A DNA stretch of 64,000 nt, taken from assembly GCF_001194135.2 (NCBI RefSeq), contig NC_068985.1, forward strand, positions 26,963,940 through 27,027,939, read 5' to 3'. This DNA comes from Octopus bimaculoides. Lineage: Eukaryota. This document shows, in pieces, positions 49,561-62,842 of this stretch. Under the pieces are notes generated by a model. That model did not search any database and was not told the origin of the DNA. It saw only the letters and a program-made list of their open reading frames with translations. Made by a program: the position numbers and the translations under genes. Within the stretch, counting starts at the first letter, position 1; every line of letters begins with the position of its first letter.

Positions 49561-52248
49561 TATATTATCATAAAGTATTTACAATATTTGTTTTGCGCAG
49601 AATAATTTTAATGATTCTGCCAGTTCACCGCCTTAGATTCTGTCAACTATTGACAATACCAATGAAAAGCTAACAACTTTATAGACAGTGTCTTGCAGAT
49701 AAATTCACGTATCTTATACTCATCGCGAATGTCTCTGTTGCCATAACAAGTCATAAATGCATGGCTTGAAAGCACTCAGGAAATTTAAGTACAGAAATAA
49801 ATAGAAATAAGCTAATTCGCATTAACAATAAATTCTCTAACAAGCTTGTTGAGAAGAAATAATGAGAAATACGCAAGACAATAAAGAAGAATAACAAGAA
49901 CATCATCGAAAGCAAAAGGAATCAAATATATAAAATATATTAAGAGAAGACATATGTGAAAAGGTAAGAATGTATTTGCGTACTGCACGCGTGTATATGT
50001 TTGTGTATGTGTATGCAGTGTTGTGTGTGGTATGATTACAAACTAGGTTAATGTTTTTGTACGGGAGGGGGAGTGAAATCCAACAAACAGCATAATGTTC
50101 ATGAGTGTAAGTAACTATAATTAAATATGATTTTACACAGGTATCAGAAGGCATGGCATTAGAGCGAATCAGTTGGTGTAAAGCAGGGGCAGGGAGAGAA
50201 ATGGAAACGATGGATAAGTGAGTAGGCCTTCATATAGATTCCATTGCTCCGAACCACACACACACACACACACACACACACATCCTTTCACGCGTGTAGG
50301 TAACCAAGTCATCACTTCAATGTTTACGCTCGCAAACCATGAAAGATGTATCATAAATTATGTGGTTGTGTATATATATATATATGTGTGTATATATATA
50401 TCTTAGAGAAGACTTATACAAAATGTCTTCTTGCATCCATCCCTCTGTCGCGTCTTGCCCTCCCCGACACTCATTTCTGAGCAATTCTCAATTACAATTT
50501 TGTAAATGTAAAACAATCCTTAGAGGCGGTGATAATTTTTATAAATCAAAAATTTCTTGTGTGGTATTTATCAGTATTGTTCATAACATATCACTAACCG
50601 CTCAGTTACCTCTCTTAGCTCACGTATGTTTGATTTGTGCAAATTACCTTGTCATAAATATGTTCTATTCTTTTTGTATATTTATGTGTATCCCTTGGTT
50701 GCTGGAGATAGGTTAAAGCAATTGTCATATCTCCAAATGATAAGCATGTCCTTTTCCATAATGGCATATCAATTTTGGATTCGTAAGGTTATCTCCCCTT
50801 GTCACAGGAGCTGTTCTCAAAATACCTCTGGAGGTGGAGATAATTTTAATAAAAGAAAAATTTATCTCAAATGGATGTCTTATAAAGCTATTCCGCACAT
50901 ACAATAACAGCCATACCAACGATCCAACACATAGCCATCATCAGCTGCCCCACGGATATCATTATGGTTTTGACACCTGGGCAGTACCATTCAATCCAGC
51001 GGTATCAGCAGCACTAAAATAAGTGTTGGGATTTCATTAACAGCTATATATTCTCTTTAACAATCTACGGATGCACTGTTTATAAACTCAGCATATATTT
51101 AGCATTCTTTGTTGCTAGTTCGATATACAAATGATTCAAAACGTTGACAAAGCGATGTTTTAATGATATATTACTGCTACCAAGAATGCCTACATATATA
51201 CGTATGTATGCATTACTGGTAGCCAGTTATATTAACTATAATACAGTATGATACAGAAAAAAAACGTTAATGCTAAATTCTTCAATATACACACATCCAA
51301 ACAAACGAAAATGCCTTGAAATAGGTAAGGGTTCTTATGAACTCAGGCTTCATCCATTGCTGTGAGGTTACCGGTATCTCCGAGAAGGTAGTTTCTTTTT
51401 TTTTTTACATTGGACTAGATACCAGAACCAAGATAAATCGCTTCATTACAGAGAGTTTGGACGCAGAAAGTAGAGACCCGACACAGATATCGCAAAGTAT
51501 TTCGTCCGATGTTCTATGAATTCTGGAAGTTCATCGTTCCAGGAATGGTATTTCATTTATCGACTCTGGACTTCAACAAGCAGAAGGCATTCTATCTGAT
51601 GCTCCAACGAACTTGCTAATTCTTTGTATACATATATTTATCTCTGGCAAAATGTATTTATGGTGCCTGTATATCTATGTTTCCTTCGTGTTCTTAATTG
51701 TATCTGCATCTGCACACAGTACATTCGTATCTATGTCGGCATTTATTTCAAAAGTCAGTACCGAGGTTGGATGTTACTATCTTTATTTCTTTTTTCATCC
51801 CACCTTTTAGTCTTTCTCTCTCTCACTCTTTTACATGCAACGCGCACATTACGATAGCTAATACACATTCTTCCCCACCTCTCTCTCTCTCTCTCTCTCT
51901 CACTCTCTTTATGTCTCACTATCAAGTGGAAAGACTAGCCGTCTGGAAAGAGTTAAGCAATTATTTTGCTTTTGAAAAAGGTCATACTCTGAAACAGGTG
52001 TTTGGTGTGATAGTTGGAGGAGGAAGGACTGGCAGAGTAGTGTAGCCACGCGCAAAGATTAAATTATTTGAATTATGTATGTGCATATGTATGTATATGT
52101 TTGTGTGTGTGTGTGCATGTATGTGTGTGTGCCTATATATGGATATACCTATATATGTATGTATATATGTGTGTGTATGCATATACGTATATATCTGTAT
52201 GAAAGCATATGTGTGTGTGTGTGTGTAAATGTGTATATGAATAAATAC

Positions 52249-52303
<55 letters not shown>

Positions 52304-52380
52304 GAGCGTCATACTAATACATCCTTTTGTTATTTACACCACCTGTCCTCGCCTGTTGTTGTTTTTTCGTATATTCTCCC

Positions 52381-52424
<44 letters not shown>

Positions 52425-53159
52425 TATCAACGAAAACAGTACATTGTCAATAACAATATACACATTTACGTACATTCGCAAATAAGATCAACCACAGACT
52501 TACATAGTGCGCAAACATCGGNNNNNNNNNNNNNNNNNNNNNNNNNNNNNNNNNNNNNNNNNNNNNNNNNNNNNNNNNNNNNNNNNNNNNNNNNNNNNNN
52601 NNNNNNNNNNNNNNNNNNNNNNNNNNNNNNNNNNNNNNNNNNNNNNNNNNNNNNNNNNNNNNNNNNNNNNNNNNNNNNNNNNNNNNNNNNNNNNNNNNNN
52701 NNNNNNNNNNNNNNNNNNNNNNNNNNNNNNNNNNNNNNNNNNNNNNNNNNNNNNNNNNNNNNNNNNNNNNNNNNNNNNNNNNNNNNNNNNNNNNNNNNNN
52801 NNNNNNNNNNNNNNNNNNNNNNNNNNNNNGCCTCCTCGTCAGTCAATTTTTCTCTATCGCTTAGAGTGATTATCCCTGTCTGCTCCTCTTTATCATATAT
52901 TTTTCCGCTTGTAATATTTTTACTCTCATTCGTCGTACACTTTCCTTTCATCATCACCACCACAGAATCCTTAATACGCCAGTTAAAATGCTTAGCAGCA
53001 TTTCGTCCGTCTTTACATCCTGAGCTCAAATTCCGCCATGGCCAACTTTGCTTTTTATCTTATCAGGGTCGATAAAGTCGAAGAGCAGTCAAGTACTGGG
53101 ATCTATGTGATCGACTGGCCTCTTTCCACAAAATTTCAAGCCTTGTGCCTATATAAGTA

Positions 53160-53421
53160 CATTGGTTCTCAACCGGGGTCCAAATAACTCTTGGTGAACC
53201 ATATAAGATTTTGTCGTTGAAGTTTATGTGCAATGAATTGATTATATACTTCTAAAATACATCATAAAATATTTGAACAATCTTTTCATACAATTCCTAA
53301 TATTTAATTATAAAAATACATGTTTTTTTTGTTTTTTTGTAAGCATCGAATGGTTATGAGGTGAACAAGAGTAAAATAGGAATTAAAGGGATCCATACGA
53401 AAAAATGGTTGCGGGCCACTG
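53160..53421. mobile_element. hAT (Charlie-like) MITE
   Basis: cattggttctcaacc ... ggttgcgggccactg resembles the CAGTGGTTCTCAA TIR. The right flank ctctagta resembles the NTCTAGAN target. Confidence 0.6.
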
Positions 53422-53684
53422 CTCTAGTAGAAAGGATTAAAATCATCATCTTGCTAATTCTTACTCCCTCTGGACACTTCGATTGTATTTATATCTCTTC
53501 CTTTTCCTCTTCACACTATCATCATTCCTCTCCTATCACCCTTCCCATCACTTGTCGTTGCTGTTGCTGAGGTTCAAACCTTTGCTATTATCAAGTCTAC
53601 ATTTATCAATGTTATGCAACAATCAAGCTAAAAAAATTTTACACTATCGAATCGTGTGAATTAGGTATGTACTCACAAAGACTA

Positions 53685-53742
<58 letters not shown>

Positions 53743-53745
<3 letters not shown>

Positions 53746-53852
53746 TATATTTGCCACTTAAATGTGGCTAACCCTTAAGGGTGAATGCTACTGTAGCTTG
53801 TAGCCCCATCATCCATCCTTAAGGGTTGGCCACATTTAAGTGGCAAATATAC

Positions 53853-53854
<2 letters not shown>
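53743..53854. repeat. 38-bp inverted repeat (1 mismatch) with 36-nt spacer, between microsatellites
   Basis: tagtatatttgccacttaaatgtggctaacccttaagg and ccttaagggttggccacatttaagtggcaaatatacta. Confidence 0.9.
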
Positions 53855-53883
<29 letters not shown>

Positions 53884-53929
53884 GCGTGTGCGTGTATGTG
53901 TGAGAAGAATATTTAACTTGTCATTGGAC

Positions 53930-54250
53930 TATGGCTTCCTGGGGCACCATTTTGAAGTGTTTGTTTAGTCGAACAAATCGAGCCCATTATTTTTTTTAAA
54001 GTCCGGTACTATTTTGCTGAAACGCTAAGTTACGGAGATATAAACAAGCCAGCATCAGTTGTCAAGCAGAAGACACACACACTATGGGCTTCTACACGGG
54101 TTCCTTCTACCAAATCCAATTAAAACACATTTGTCGGCCAGCAGCTGTAAAAGACATTTGCCCGAGATGTCATGTAGTGGAACTGAAGCCGAAACTACGT
54201 AATTGCAAAGCGAACTCCTTGACCACGCAGCCATTTCTGTGCCTATACAA
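53930..54250 (-). mobile_element. Old SINE family B copy
   Basis: Degenerate tail and head (ctaccaaatcc..tttgtcggcc..acatttgcccgagatgtc). Confidence 0.7.
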
Positions 54251-55079
54251 GTATGTAAAAAAATTATGTTCGTATGCTGTTGACTGAAATTTCTGAAATT
54301 TCGGTCCAAACCTTCCGTCGGGAAGTGAAAAATATCTCTATAACTGTTAGCTACGGAAGTTTGGTAATAATCAGTGTGTGGGAGAAGAATATTTTGAGGT
54401 AAAAAAAACGAGGAGAATGACTTCGAGATGGGAAGATATGTTTGTTCTTTGTGATATTTTGTATTTCTTGAGAAATTTTCTACTTAAATAGTTGTCATTA
54501 CTTAAGTAGTAAAAATTGCAAAAAATTTATTACGATTTACATACAGATGTAGATACATACACACACACAGACATACGTAAGCTGCAGCACAGTTTCCGTC
54601 AACTACTTTTTCATTCAAAAAGTAATGAATCGACCTGAGGCTATGGTGTAGCACATTTGCTGGAAGTGCGGCAGATGGTTGAGTTTTCTAAGTCTAAACC
54701 ATAGACTCATTCCTGAGCCGAGTCAAGATTGTGATGATATTTGGTCGAGAACTGACGAGGAATTGAGCTCGTCCGCTTTCGTTAGACGTGCGTTTTTCCT
54801 GTTTTCCTGTAATTTCCATTGCCATCCACCACCCACATCCTTATCCTGTTCCACATTGAACGTCCACACACAAGTATACTGTACTAAGTTTCCGAACGGT
54901 TAAAAGGTCATGGAATTTTTATTCAGGCTGTTAATCCGATTATTTAAGGCAAATGACATATATTGAATGCTCTTTTCACTCGTTTCGTTTGCACACCACT
55001 TTCTCCCGCCCCCTCTCTCTGTCTCTCTCACTATCTCTCACTCTATCTTTTTGTGCATCCTCCCCCTCTTTCCTTTAAA

Positions 55080-56082
55080 TAGGTGCAGGCATGGTTGTAA
55101 GTTTCAGAAGCTCGCTTTGCAGCCGCGTGGCTTCAGGTTCAGTCCTATTGCGCGATACCTTGGTCGGCCCGGAGTAGTAGTAGAAGTGTCTTCTGTAGTT
55201 CCGAGCCGGCCAATACCTTTGGTAGACAGGGACTGTGTGGAAACCCGTCGTATATATANNNNNNNNNNNNNNNNNNNNNNNNNNNNNNNNNNNNNNNNNN
55301 NNNNNNNNNNNNNNNNNNNNNNNNNNNNNNNNNNNNNNNNNNNNNNNNNNNNNNNNNNNNNNNNNNNNNNNNNNNNNNNNNNNNNNNNNNNNNNNNNNNN
55401 NNNNNNNNNNNNNNNNNNNNNNNNNNNNNNNNNNNNNNNNNNNNNNNNNNNNNNNNNNNNNNNNNNNNNNNNNNNNNNNNNNNNNNNNNNNNNNNNNNNN
55501 NNNNNNNNNNNNNNNNNNNNNNNNNNNNNNNNNNNNNNNNNNNNNNNNNNNNNNNNNNNNNNNNNNNNNNNNNNNNNNNNNNNNNNNNNNNNNNNNNNNN
55601 NNNNNNNNNNNNNNNNNNNNNNNNNNNNNNNNNNNNNNNNNNNNNNNNNNNNNNNNNNNNNNNNNNNNNNNNNNNNNNNNNNNNNNNNNNNNNNNNNNNN
55701 NNNNNNNNNNNNNNNNNNNNNNNNNNNNNNNNNNNNNNNNNNNNNNNNNNNNNNNNNNNNNNNNNNNNNNNNNNNNNNNNNNNNNNNNNNNNNNNNNNNN
55801 NNNNNNNNNNNNNNNNNNNNNNNNNNNNNNNNNNNNNNNNNNNNNNNNNNNNNNNNNNNNNNNNNNNNNNNNNNNNNNNNNNNNNNNNNNNNNNNNNNNN
55901 NNNNNNNNNNNNNNNNNNNNNNNNNNNNNNNNNNNNNNNNNNNNNNNNNNNNNNNNNNNNNNNNNNNNNNNNNNNNNNNNNNNNNNNNNNNNNNNNNNNN
56001 NNNNNNNNNNNNNNNNNNNNNNNNNNNNNNNNNNNNNNNNNNNNNNNNNNNNNNNNNNNNNNNNNNNNNNNNNNNNNNNNNN

Positions 56083-56151
<69 letters not shown>

Positions 56152-56380
56152 GTAGATATATATATGTAGATATATATATATATATAATATGTTTGTCTCA
56201 ACACCACTGTTTCAAGATGGTGTTGATTTCTTTACGTCCTTGTAACATAGCGGTTCAGCAAAAGGGGGCCGATGTAATAAGTACGAGACTTAAAAATTAG
56301 CACTGGGGTTGACTTGTTCTATTAAACTTTTCAAGGCGGTGCCTCGGCATGGCTGCCGTCCAATGATTGAAACATGTGAA
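55080..56380 (+). mobile_element. Old SINE family B with a gap in its internal microsatellite and an internal inverted duplication
   Basis: Head 55080-55255, gap, tail 56190-56380. Confidence 0.7.
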
Positions 56381-56694
56381 AAGTTACATAAAAGATTTAA
56401 TAAAAGAGATTAGGCAAAAATAAGTTTTTAGATAAGAAATAGAATAACGGATTGTATGTAAGTGAGAAAGAAGAATGATGGACTTTTGTAATATCTTCCA
56501 TTGTGGGGTGGTAGTAAGTTTATAACGGTATATAACAAAAAGAAATCGAATGTTCATAGAGAAAAAAAAAACAGAAAAAATTGGAATGAAACAGTAGAAA
56601 AACACTGAATCACTGTTGCAATGAGAAAAAGAAATCCAGCGCATTATTATTACAAAAAAAATTACGGTTCCTTATGTTCTGTGCTCAAGTCCCG

Positions 56695-57463
56695 TCCAGA
56701 TCGACTCAGCCATTCATCCTTTCGAGATCAATGGAATAAAGTACCAGTCTAGTTCTGGGGTCGCTGTTATCAACTGAACCCTTTCTATCACAATCTCTGG
56801 CCTCGTTCCTATGTAGGAAACCATTATTGATATTACTTTCTACGATAAGGCAGTGAGCTGGCGGAATCGTTAGCGCACCGGGTAAAATGCTCAGTAGTAT
56901 TTCGTCTGTCTTTATGTTCTGCGTTCAAACGCCACCGAGGTCGACTTTGCCTTTTACCCTTTGGGGGTCGATAAAATAAGTACCAGTTGAATACTGAGAT
57001 TGATATAATGCCAAACTTTGAAACCGATATTACTTTCTACGAAGGCGGCGAGCTGGTAGAAACGTTAGCCCGCCGGGTGAAATGCTTAACGGTATTTCGT
57101 CTGTCTTTACGTTCAGGGTTCAAATTCCGCCGAGGTCGACTTTGCCTTTCATCCTTTCGGGATCGATTGAATAAGTACCAGTTACGCACTGGGGTCGATG
57201 CAATCGATTTAATCTCTTCATCTGTCCTTGTTTGTTCCCTCTATGTTTAGCCCCCTACGATAAGCACAAGGCTTGATATTTTAGGGGAGGGGACTAGTCG
57301 ATTATATCGACCCCAGTGTTCAGCTGGTACTCATTTTATCGACCATAAAAGCATGAAAGACAAAGTCGACTTCGGTGGAATTTGGACTCAGAACTTAAAG
57401 ACGGACGAAACGCCACTATGCATTTTGCTCGGAATGCTAACGATTATACCAGCTCGCTGCCTT
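56695..57463. mobile_element. Cluster of four SINE family A copies (+,+,+,-)
   Basis: 56695-56828 (partial), 56847-57025, 57042-57256, and inverted 57260-57463. Confidence 0.88.
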
Positions 57464-57999
57464 AGAAACCACTATCCAAGGTCGATAAAATAAAATATCC
57501 TTGATGTTTGACAGATTTGATTAAAAAATGATTACCTGGCTTTGTGCTAGTACTAAAAACTATATATTATTCTTCTTGTTACGGAATGCGTTCGAGCATA
57601 ACGCTTTTTACAATTTTATAATTGTGGAACTAAATCGAAGACATAACCGAAAAATTTTAGCATAAATCAAACAACGTTATGAAGATTATAACTTTAGGCA
57701 TCAAAATAGGAATGAAAACGCTTATAAAACGTGGAATTTCTACAGTTCCTTTAAGTAATAAGAGAAGCATGTTTGTAAATAAAGGGTGGCTTCTTTATTC
57801 AAACTGTTTCTTTCTGAAAGCCACTACCATCGTCTTGTTTTCATTCTGTCCTTTACGCTTTCTGTCAATCGACATCTTTCGAATTCGTGGGACCCCTTCC
57901 ATTTCATTTTTTTGTTGTTCCTTATTTATGCTGCAGTGAGTGGCATCAAGCCTTGTTAGGGACAGAATCGTCAAAAATAAAAGAGCCATGATTTATTTC

Positions 58000-58072
<73 letters not shown>

Positions 58073-60261
58073 ATACACACACACACACACACGTGTAACA
58101 GAAAATTGAGTCTCTTAGATTGACTTTTTTATTTATCTGGCAAACAAATTCTGTGAATTCCACTCCTCGAGGTCTTTCATAACAAGATGTAAATTATAAC
58201 GTTTGTGTGTATATGTGTGCTTACGTGTATTCGCGCATGTGTGCGTTTGTGTATGTGTGCATCTGTAACTCTGTGTATGCGTGAGTTTGTGTGCATTTAC
58301 GCATGTTTGCGTTTGCGTTTATCTGTGTGCGTATTTTTATGTCAAAAGATGAAGACATTGCTGAATAAAGATGTGAAGTGCCTGAACAATTAAATGAGTT
58401 ACTGACCCAGAAAGTTACCCTCCAGCTGAAGAAATGCAATCCCAGGACTGCTATTTTCTTGATATTTATTTACTGAAACACATACTCGCTGGTTGTTGCT
58501 TAGCCCTAGGCCAGTTCAACCACGATCAAGCAGACATATGATCAAAGGCGTTCTAGCCGTGACCGTCTTGTATATTTTTGTTCCAAAGCACATAGTGCAT
58601 ACACAATATTATCCCGTGTCCTTCCCTTCTAAGATCGTAGGTTGTAATCTGAGGAAGATTTGTTTGACATTTCTAGCAGCTCGACTAAACTGCTTATAGG
58701 CTTTCTCGTTTGCTCTTGGAGGATGTTGGGGTACGTAATGCTTTCCCTGCTATCTTTATAAAAATATAAAGAGCGATTTGAGAGAAATGAGGTTGATGAT
58801 GATGCTTAGCAGTTGGTCAACCATGACTGAAGACTCATGATCAAAAGCCTTCCAGCTGTGACCACCCCGCTTTAAAATTATGTTGGTGTACGTTATTTAA
58901 TCAGACGTTTTACTTGAAATAGTAGGATTCGATTTGAGAGACATCTACTTGATATTTCTAGCTAGTCGAGCACCACCTCGTACAAGCACCTTCGTTGGAT
59001 CTGAATTTGACTGCTATTTCTAGCCTGTCGGGCGACCTTGTCGAGCGACCATGTCAGAGGCCTCTCATTGACAAAGAGGAGTGTGCGGGAGGTTGAAATA
59101 TTTTCCTCGAGGGATTCTGTTGACTTATCGTTTCATCTCGCTTCACTTGTCTTGGTGAGAAGAAATAGATTGAGATTGCCGTCTGAAGAGGGTGGCGAGT
59201 AAATGGGAATTATGGTAACAGGCGGAATGATGGCAGGGATTTTAATGGCAGCAAGCAGTGAGAGTGTGGGTGGGAGGTTTTGAATGTTGGGGGTAAATAA
59301 TATTTCGAATTGATTAGAGAGAAAGAGAGAAACAGAGAGAGTGCGTGTGTGCAAGACTACTAAGAGGCGACGACGATGGCTTTGTGTGTGNNNNNNNNNN
59401 NNNNNNNNNNNNNNNNNNNNNNNNNNNNNNNNNNNNNNNNNNNNNNNNNNNNNNNNNNNNNNNNNNNNNNNNNNNNNNNNNNNNNNNNNNNNNNNNNNNN
59501 NNNNNNNNNNNNNNNNNNNNNNNNNNNNNNNNNNNNNNNNNNNNNNNNNNNNNNNNNNNNNNNNNNNNNNNNNNNNNNNNNNNNNNNNNNNNNNNNNNNN
59601 NNNNNNNNNNNNNNNNNNNNNNNNNNNNNNNNNNNNNNNNNNNNNNNNNNNNNNNNNNNNNNNNNNNNNNNNNNNNNNNNNNNNNNNNNNNNNNNNNNNN
59701 NNNNNNNNNNNNNNNNNNNNNNNNNNNNNNNNNNNNNNNNNNNNNNNNNNNNNNNNNNNNNNNNNNNNNNNNNNNNNNNNNNNNNNNNNNNNNNNNNNNN
59801 NNNNNNNNNNNNNNNNNNNNNNNNNNNNNNNNNNNNNNNNNNNNNNNNNNNNNNNNNNNNNNNNNNNNNNNNNNNNNNNNNNNNNNNNNNNNNNNNNNNN
59901 NNNNNNNNNNNNNNNNNNNNNNNNNNNNNNNNNNNNNNNNNNNNNNNNNNNNNNNNNNNNNNNNNNNNNNNNNNNNNNNNNNNNNNNNNNNNNNNNNNNN
60001 NNNNNNNNNNNNNNNNNNNNNNNNNNNNNNNNNNNNNNNNNNNNNNNNNNNNNNNNNNNNNNNNNNNNNNNNNNNNNNNNNNNNNNNNNNNNNNNNNNNN
60101 NNNNNNNNNNNNNNNNNNNNNNNNNNNNNNNNNNNNNNNNNNNNNNNNNNNNNNNNNNNNNNNNNNNNNNNNNNNNNNNNNNNNNNNNNNNNNNNNNNNN
60201 NNNNNNNNNNNNNNNNNNNNNNNNNNNNNNNNNNNNNNNNNNNNNNNNNNNNNNNNNNNNN

Positions 60262-60370
60262 TGGTCGGCCCGAGGCTATACTAGAAGACACTTGCCCAAG
60301 GTGCCACGTAGTGGGACTGAACCCAGAACTATGTGGCTGGTAAGCAAGCTACTTACCACACAGCCATTCC
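60262..60370 (-). mobile_element. SINE family B head
   Basis: tggtcggcccgaggctata...gacacttgcccaaggtgccacg...ttaccacacagcc. Confidence 0.88.
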
Positions 60371-60799
60371 TGAAAAAATATATATGTAAAAGATAATTCT
60401 TCCTCAAAAGTAATTTTGTACACCTATTCTTTGTTTAAAATACGAATATAAAAAACAGTGAATAGTAAAATTATTAGAACGTCGAATAAAATACATTGTA
60501 TTTTTTGTTCGTTTTTTTTTTTAAACTTTTTGTTCGCGTTCTGAGTTCAAATGCTGTCCAGGCTCACTTTTACCTTCATCTTTACGAACTCCATTACTAG
60601 GCTGCAGTCAAATACTAGAACTAGTATAATTGATTAAATTTCTGATGGTCGGATCCCAGCATGGCTACAGTCCAGCGATTGGAACCAGTAGTATAAAAGA
60701 TATGTTTATCTTCTGCTAGATGGGCATTGAACAATGTTTGAAATATTGAAATACGAGTGGATTTGCTGATTAAAACAATGTTAATATTTTATTGGTACT

Positions 60800-61013
60800 A
60801 AGGTGGCGTGCTGGCAGAATCGTTTGCACGCCGGAGAAAAAAATGCATAGCGACATTTCATCTGTCCTTATGTTATGAGTTCAAATTCCATCGACGTCAA
60901 CTTTGCTTTTCATTTTTTCGGGGGTCGTTAAAATGGGTACCAGTGGAGTCGATGTAATCAATCTACCCGCTTTCCACGAAATTGTTGGCCTTGTGCCAAA
61001 ATTTGAAACCAGT
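60800..61013 (+). mobile_element. SINE family A
   Basis: ggtggcgtgctggcagaatcg...gagttcaaattcc...ggccttgtgccaaaatttgaaacc. Confidence 0.85.
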
Positions 61014-62842
61014 ATTTTATTAGTAGCTATTGATTAAAATGTTTCAATTTCTCACTTTTGTTGCGGACCTTGGAAAGGCAGACGACAGAAAATGATTTGA
61101 AACTGAACGGAAAATTCAGAACATATCAGTACATTACAGCATTTGCTTAAAATTGATAAGAAATGGCTTCATTTGGCCTCTAAAATTAATACATAATAAG
61201 TTTATTATGGAAAACGGTAAAGCAAATTATTTTAGGCGGTAAGGAATCTGATGGAAACGAATTCAAGAAATCTAATATTTGGAACAATCTCCAGAGAAGA
61301 AAGTGATCTCAGCAAAATTTTAATTTTGCTGGTTGAAACTAATCGCCTCACCATTTTCAGTTAAGTCGCATTCCCTCGTCAACATTCAAATATTTTCGAT
61401 TATACCAATCTGTACTCTCTTCGCCGACGCTTTTGAATCAGTAGGTTTTCTGGATTAGATTGTTTTACTTTATTCGTAAATGATAGCTTGTCATATTTAT
61501 ACTTTCTCTCTTCACCGTTGATTATACATTATATTCTCCCACACACATTCACGCACATATATGAGAGAGGAAGGTATCAGGAAACGACAATTAGCATTGA
61601 AATTCTTGTGTGTGTGTGTGTGTGCACATGCGCAAAGAGAATATCAACTCGCAAGTATCTACTTCAAAAATCAACTGTAGATCGGCCTTGAGTAATAGCC
61701 AATCAACCATGTTTAGCCGGCACATAAATCACAATACATAATAACCTCCGATTATTGCTAGGAACGCAATATGATTTTACAATTTATATATTCCATCCTC
61801 ACTAAGAGAAAAGCAAAAGAAATATTCTCGGTAAATTATCAACAGATATCGAATACACACTCTGGAATCAGAATGAATTCTCGTAATTTTGCCGAGCTCT
61901 CGCAACGAATGCTGGTGGCGTGCTAATGACCTAATCTTTCCCTCGCTGAGCAGAAAGAGATAAAGTGGTTATCTGTGTAGATCAGGACAAGAAAAATCGA
62001 TGAAATCTCTTCAGACCACCTCCCTATTGAATTTCGTTCCAAACTGAATGGCTCTTTTATCATTAATTTGACGGTTTTTCTCCCGTTTTAATGAATGGAA
62101 TCGTGAAATTCATGCTCAATCACTCTCCTTCTCTCTTCTTCTCTCTCTCTCTCTCTCTCTCGATATACATATAAAATGCCTATTATCTGTTATCCTATCT
62201 GTCCTATCTGCCTACTTCTTTGATTTCCTCGTTCTTTCTTCTCTCTCTCTTTCTCATCTCATTACATCAAATACGCCACCCCCACCTTATTTCTTCTGCC
62301 ATATTACCTTCTGCCATCTTTCCTATCAATTACCACCTTTATTTCTATCTCGTTTTTTCACCCACATTTCCTCTAAGTCTTCTCGTTTTGATCTGGTTCC
62401 ACTGAGGTTTTGAAGTGCTTTTTTTTAATGTTTCAGTGTATTATCAATATAATGGTTACGGGATCAGAGGAAAGTTGGGGAATTGTTTGCAAAGTAATTG
62501 AAGTAGCTAGATGTGTGGATCAGATATCTTGGGAAAAATTGTAGTAGTTAACTTGGTAAGGTATTTATGCGTGGTGGTATGGGTTGCTTGAGAGACAAAG
62601 AAAATTCAACTGATGTTGTGTTATCTGTATTATTTGAAAACCAGGATGTTTTGTGCATTGAATTGTTTCCCGATGGTGGTTCTTTGGAGTGTTAAGAGGC
62701 GTAGCTGGAGCATATAACCTGCTTTATGAGTTTAATGAGTTCATATATACATATACATGGAGACATAAATGCATTAAATGATTATAAAGTCAGTGTTTAT
62801 TAAATTACTTAATTTTCAAAATTCCATAGAACCTACAGATAC

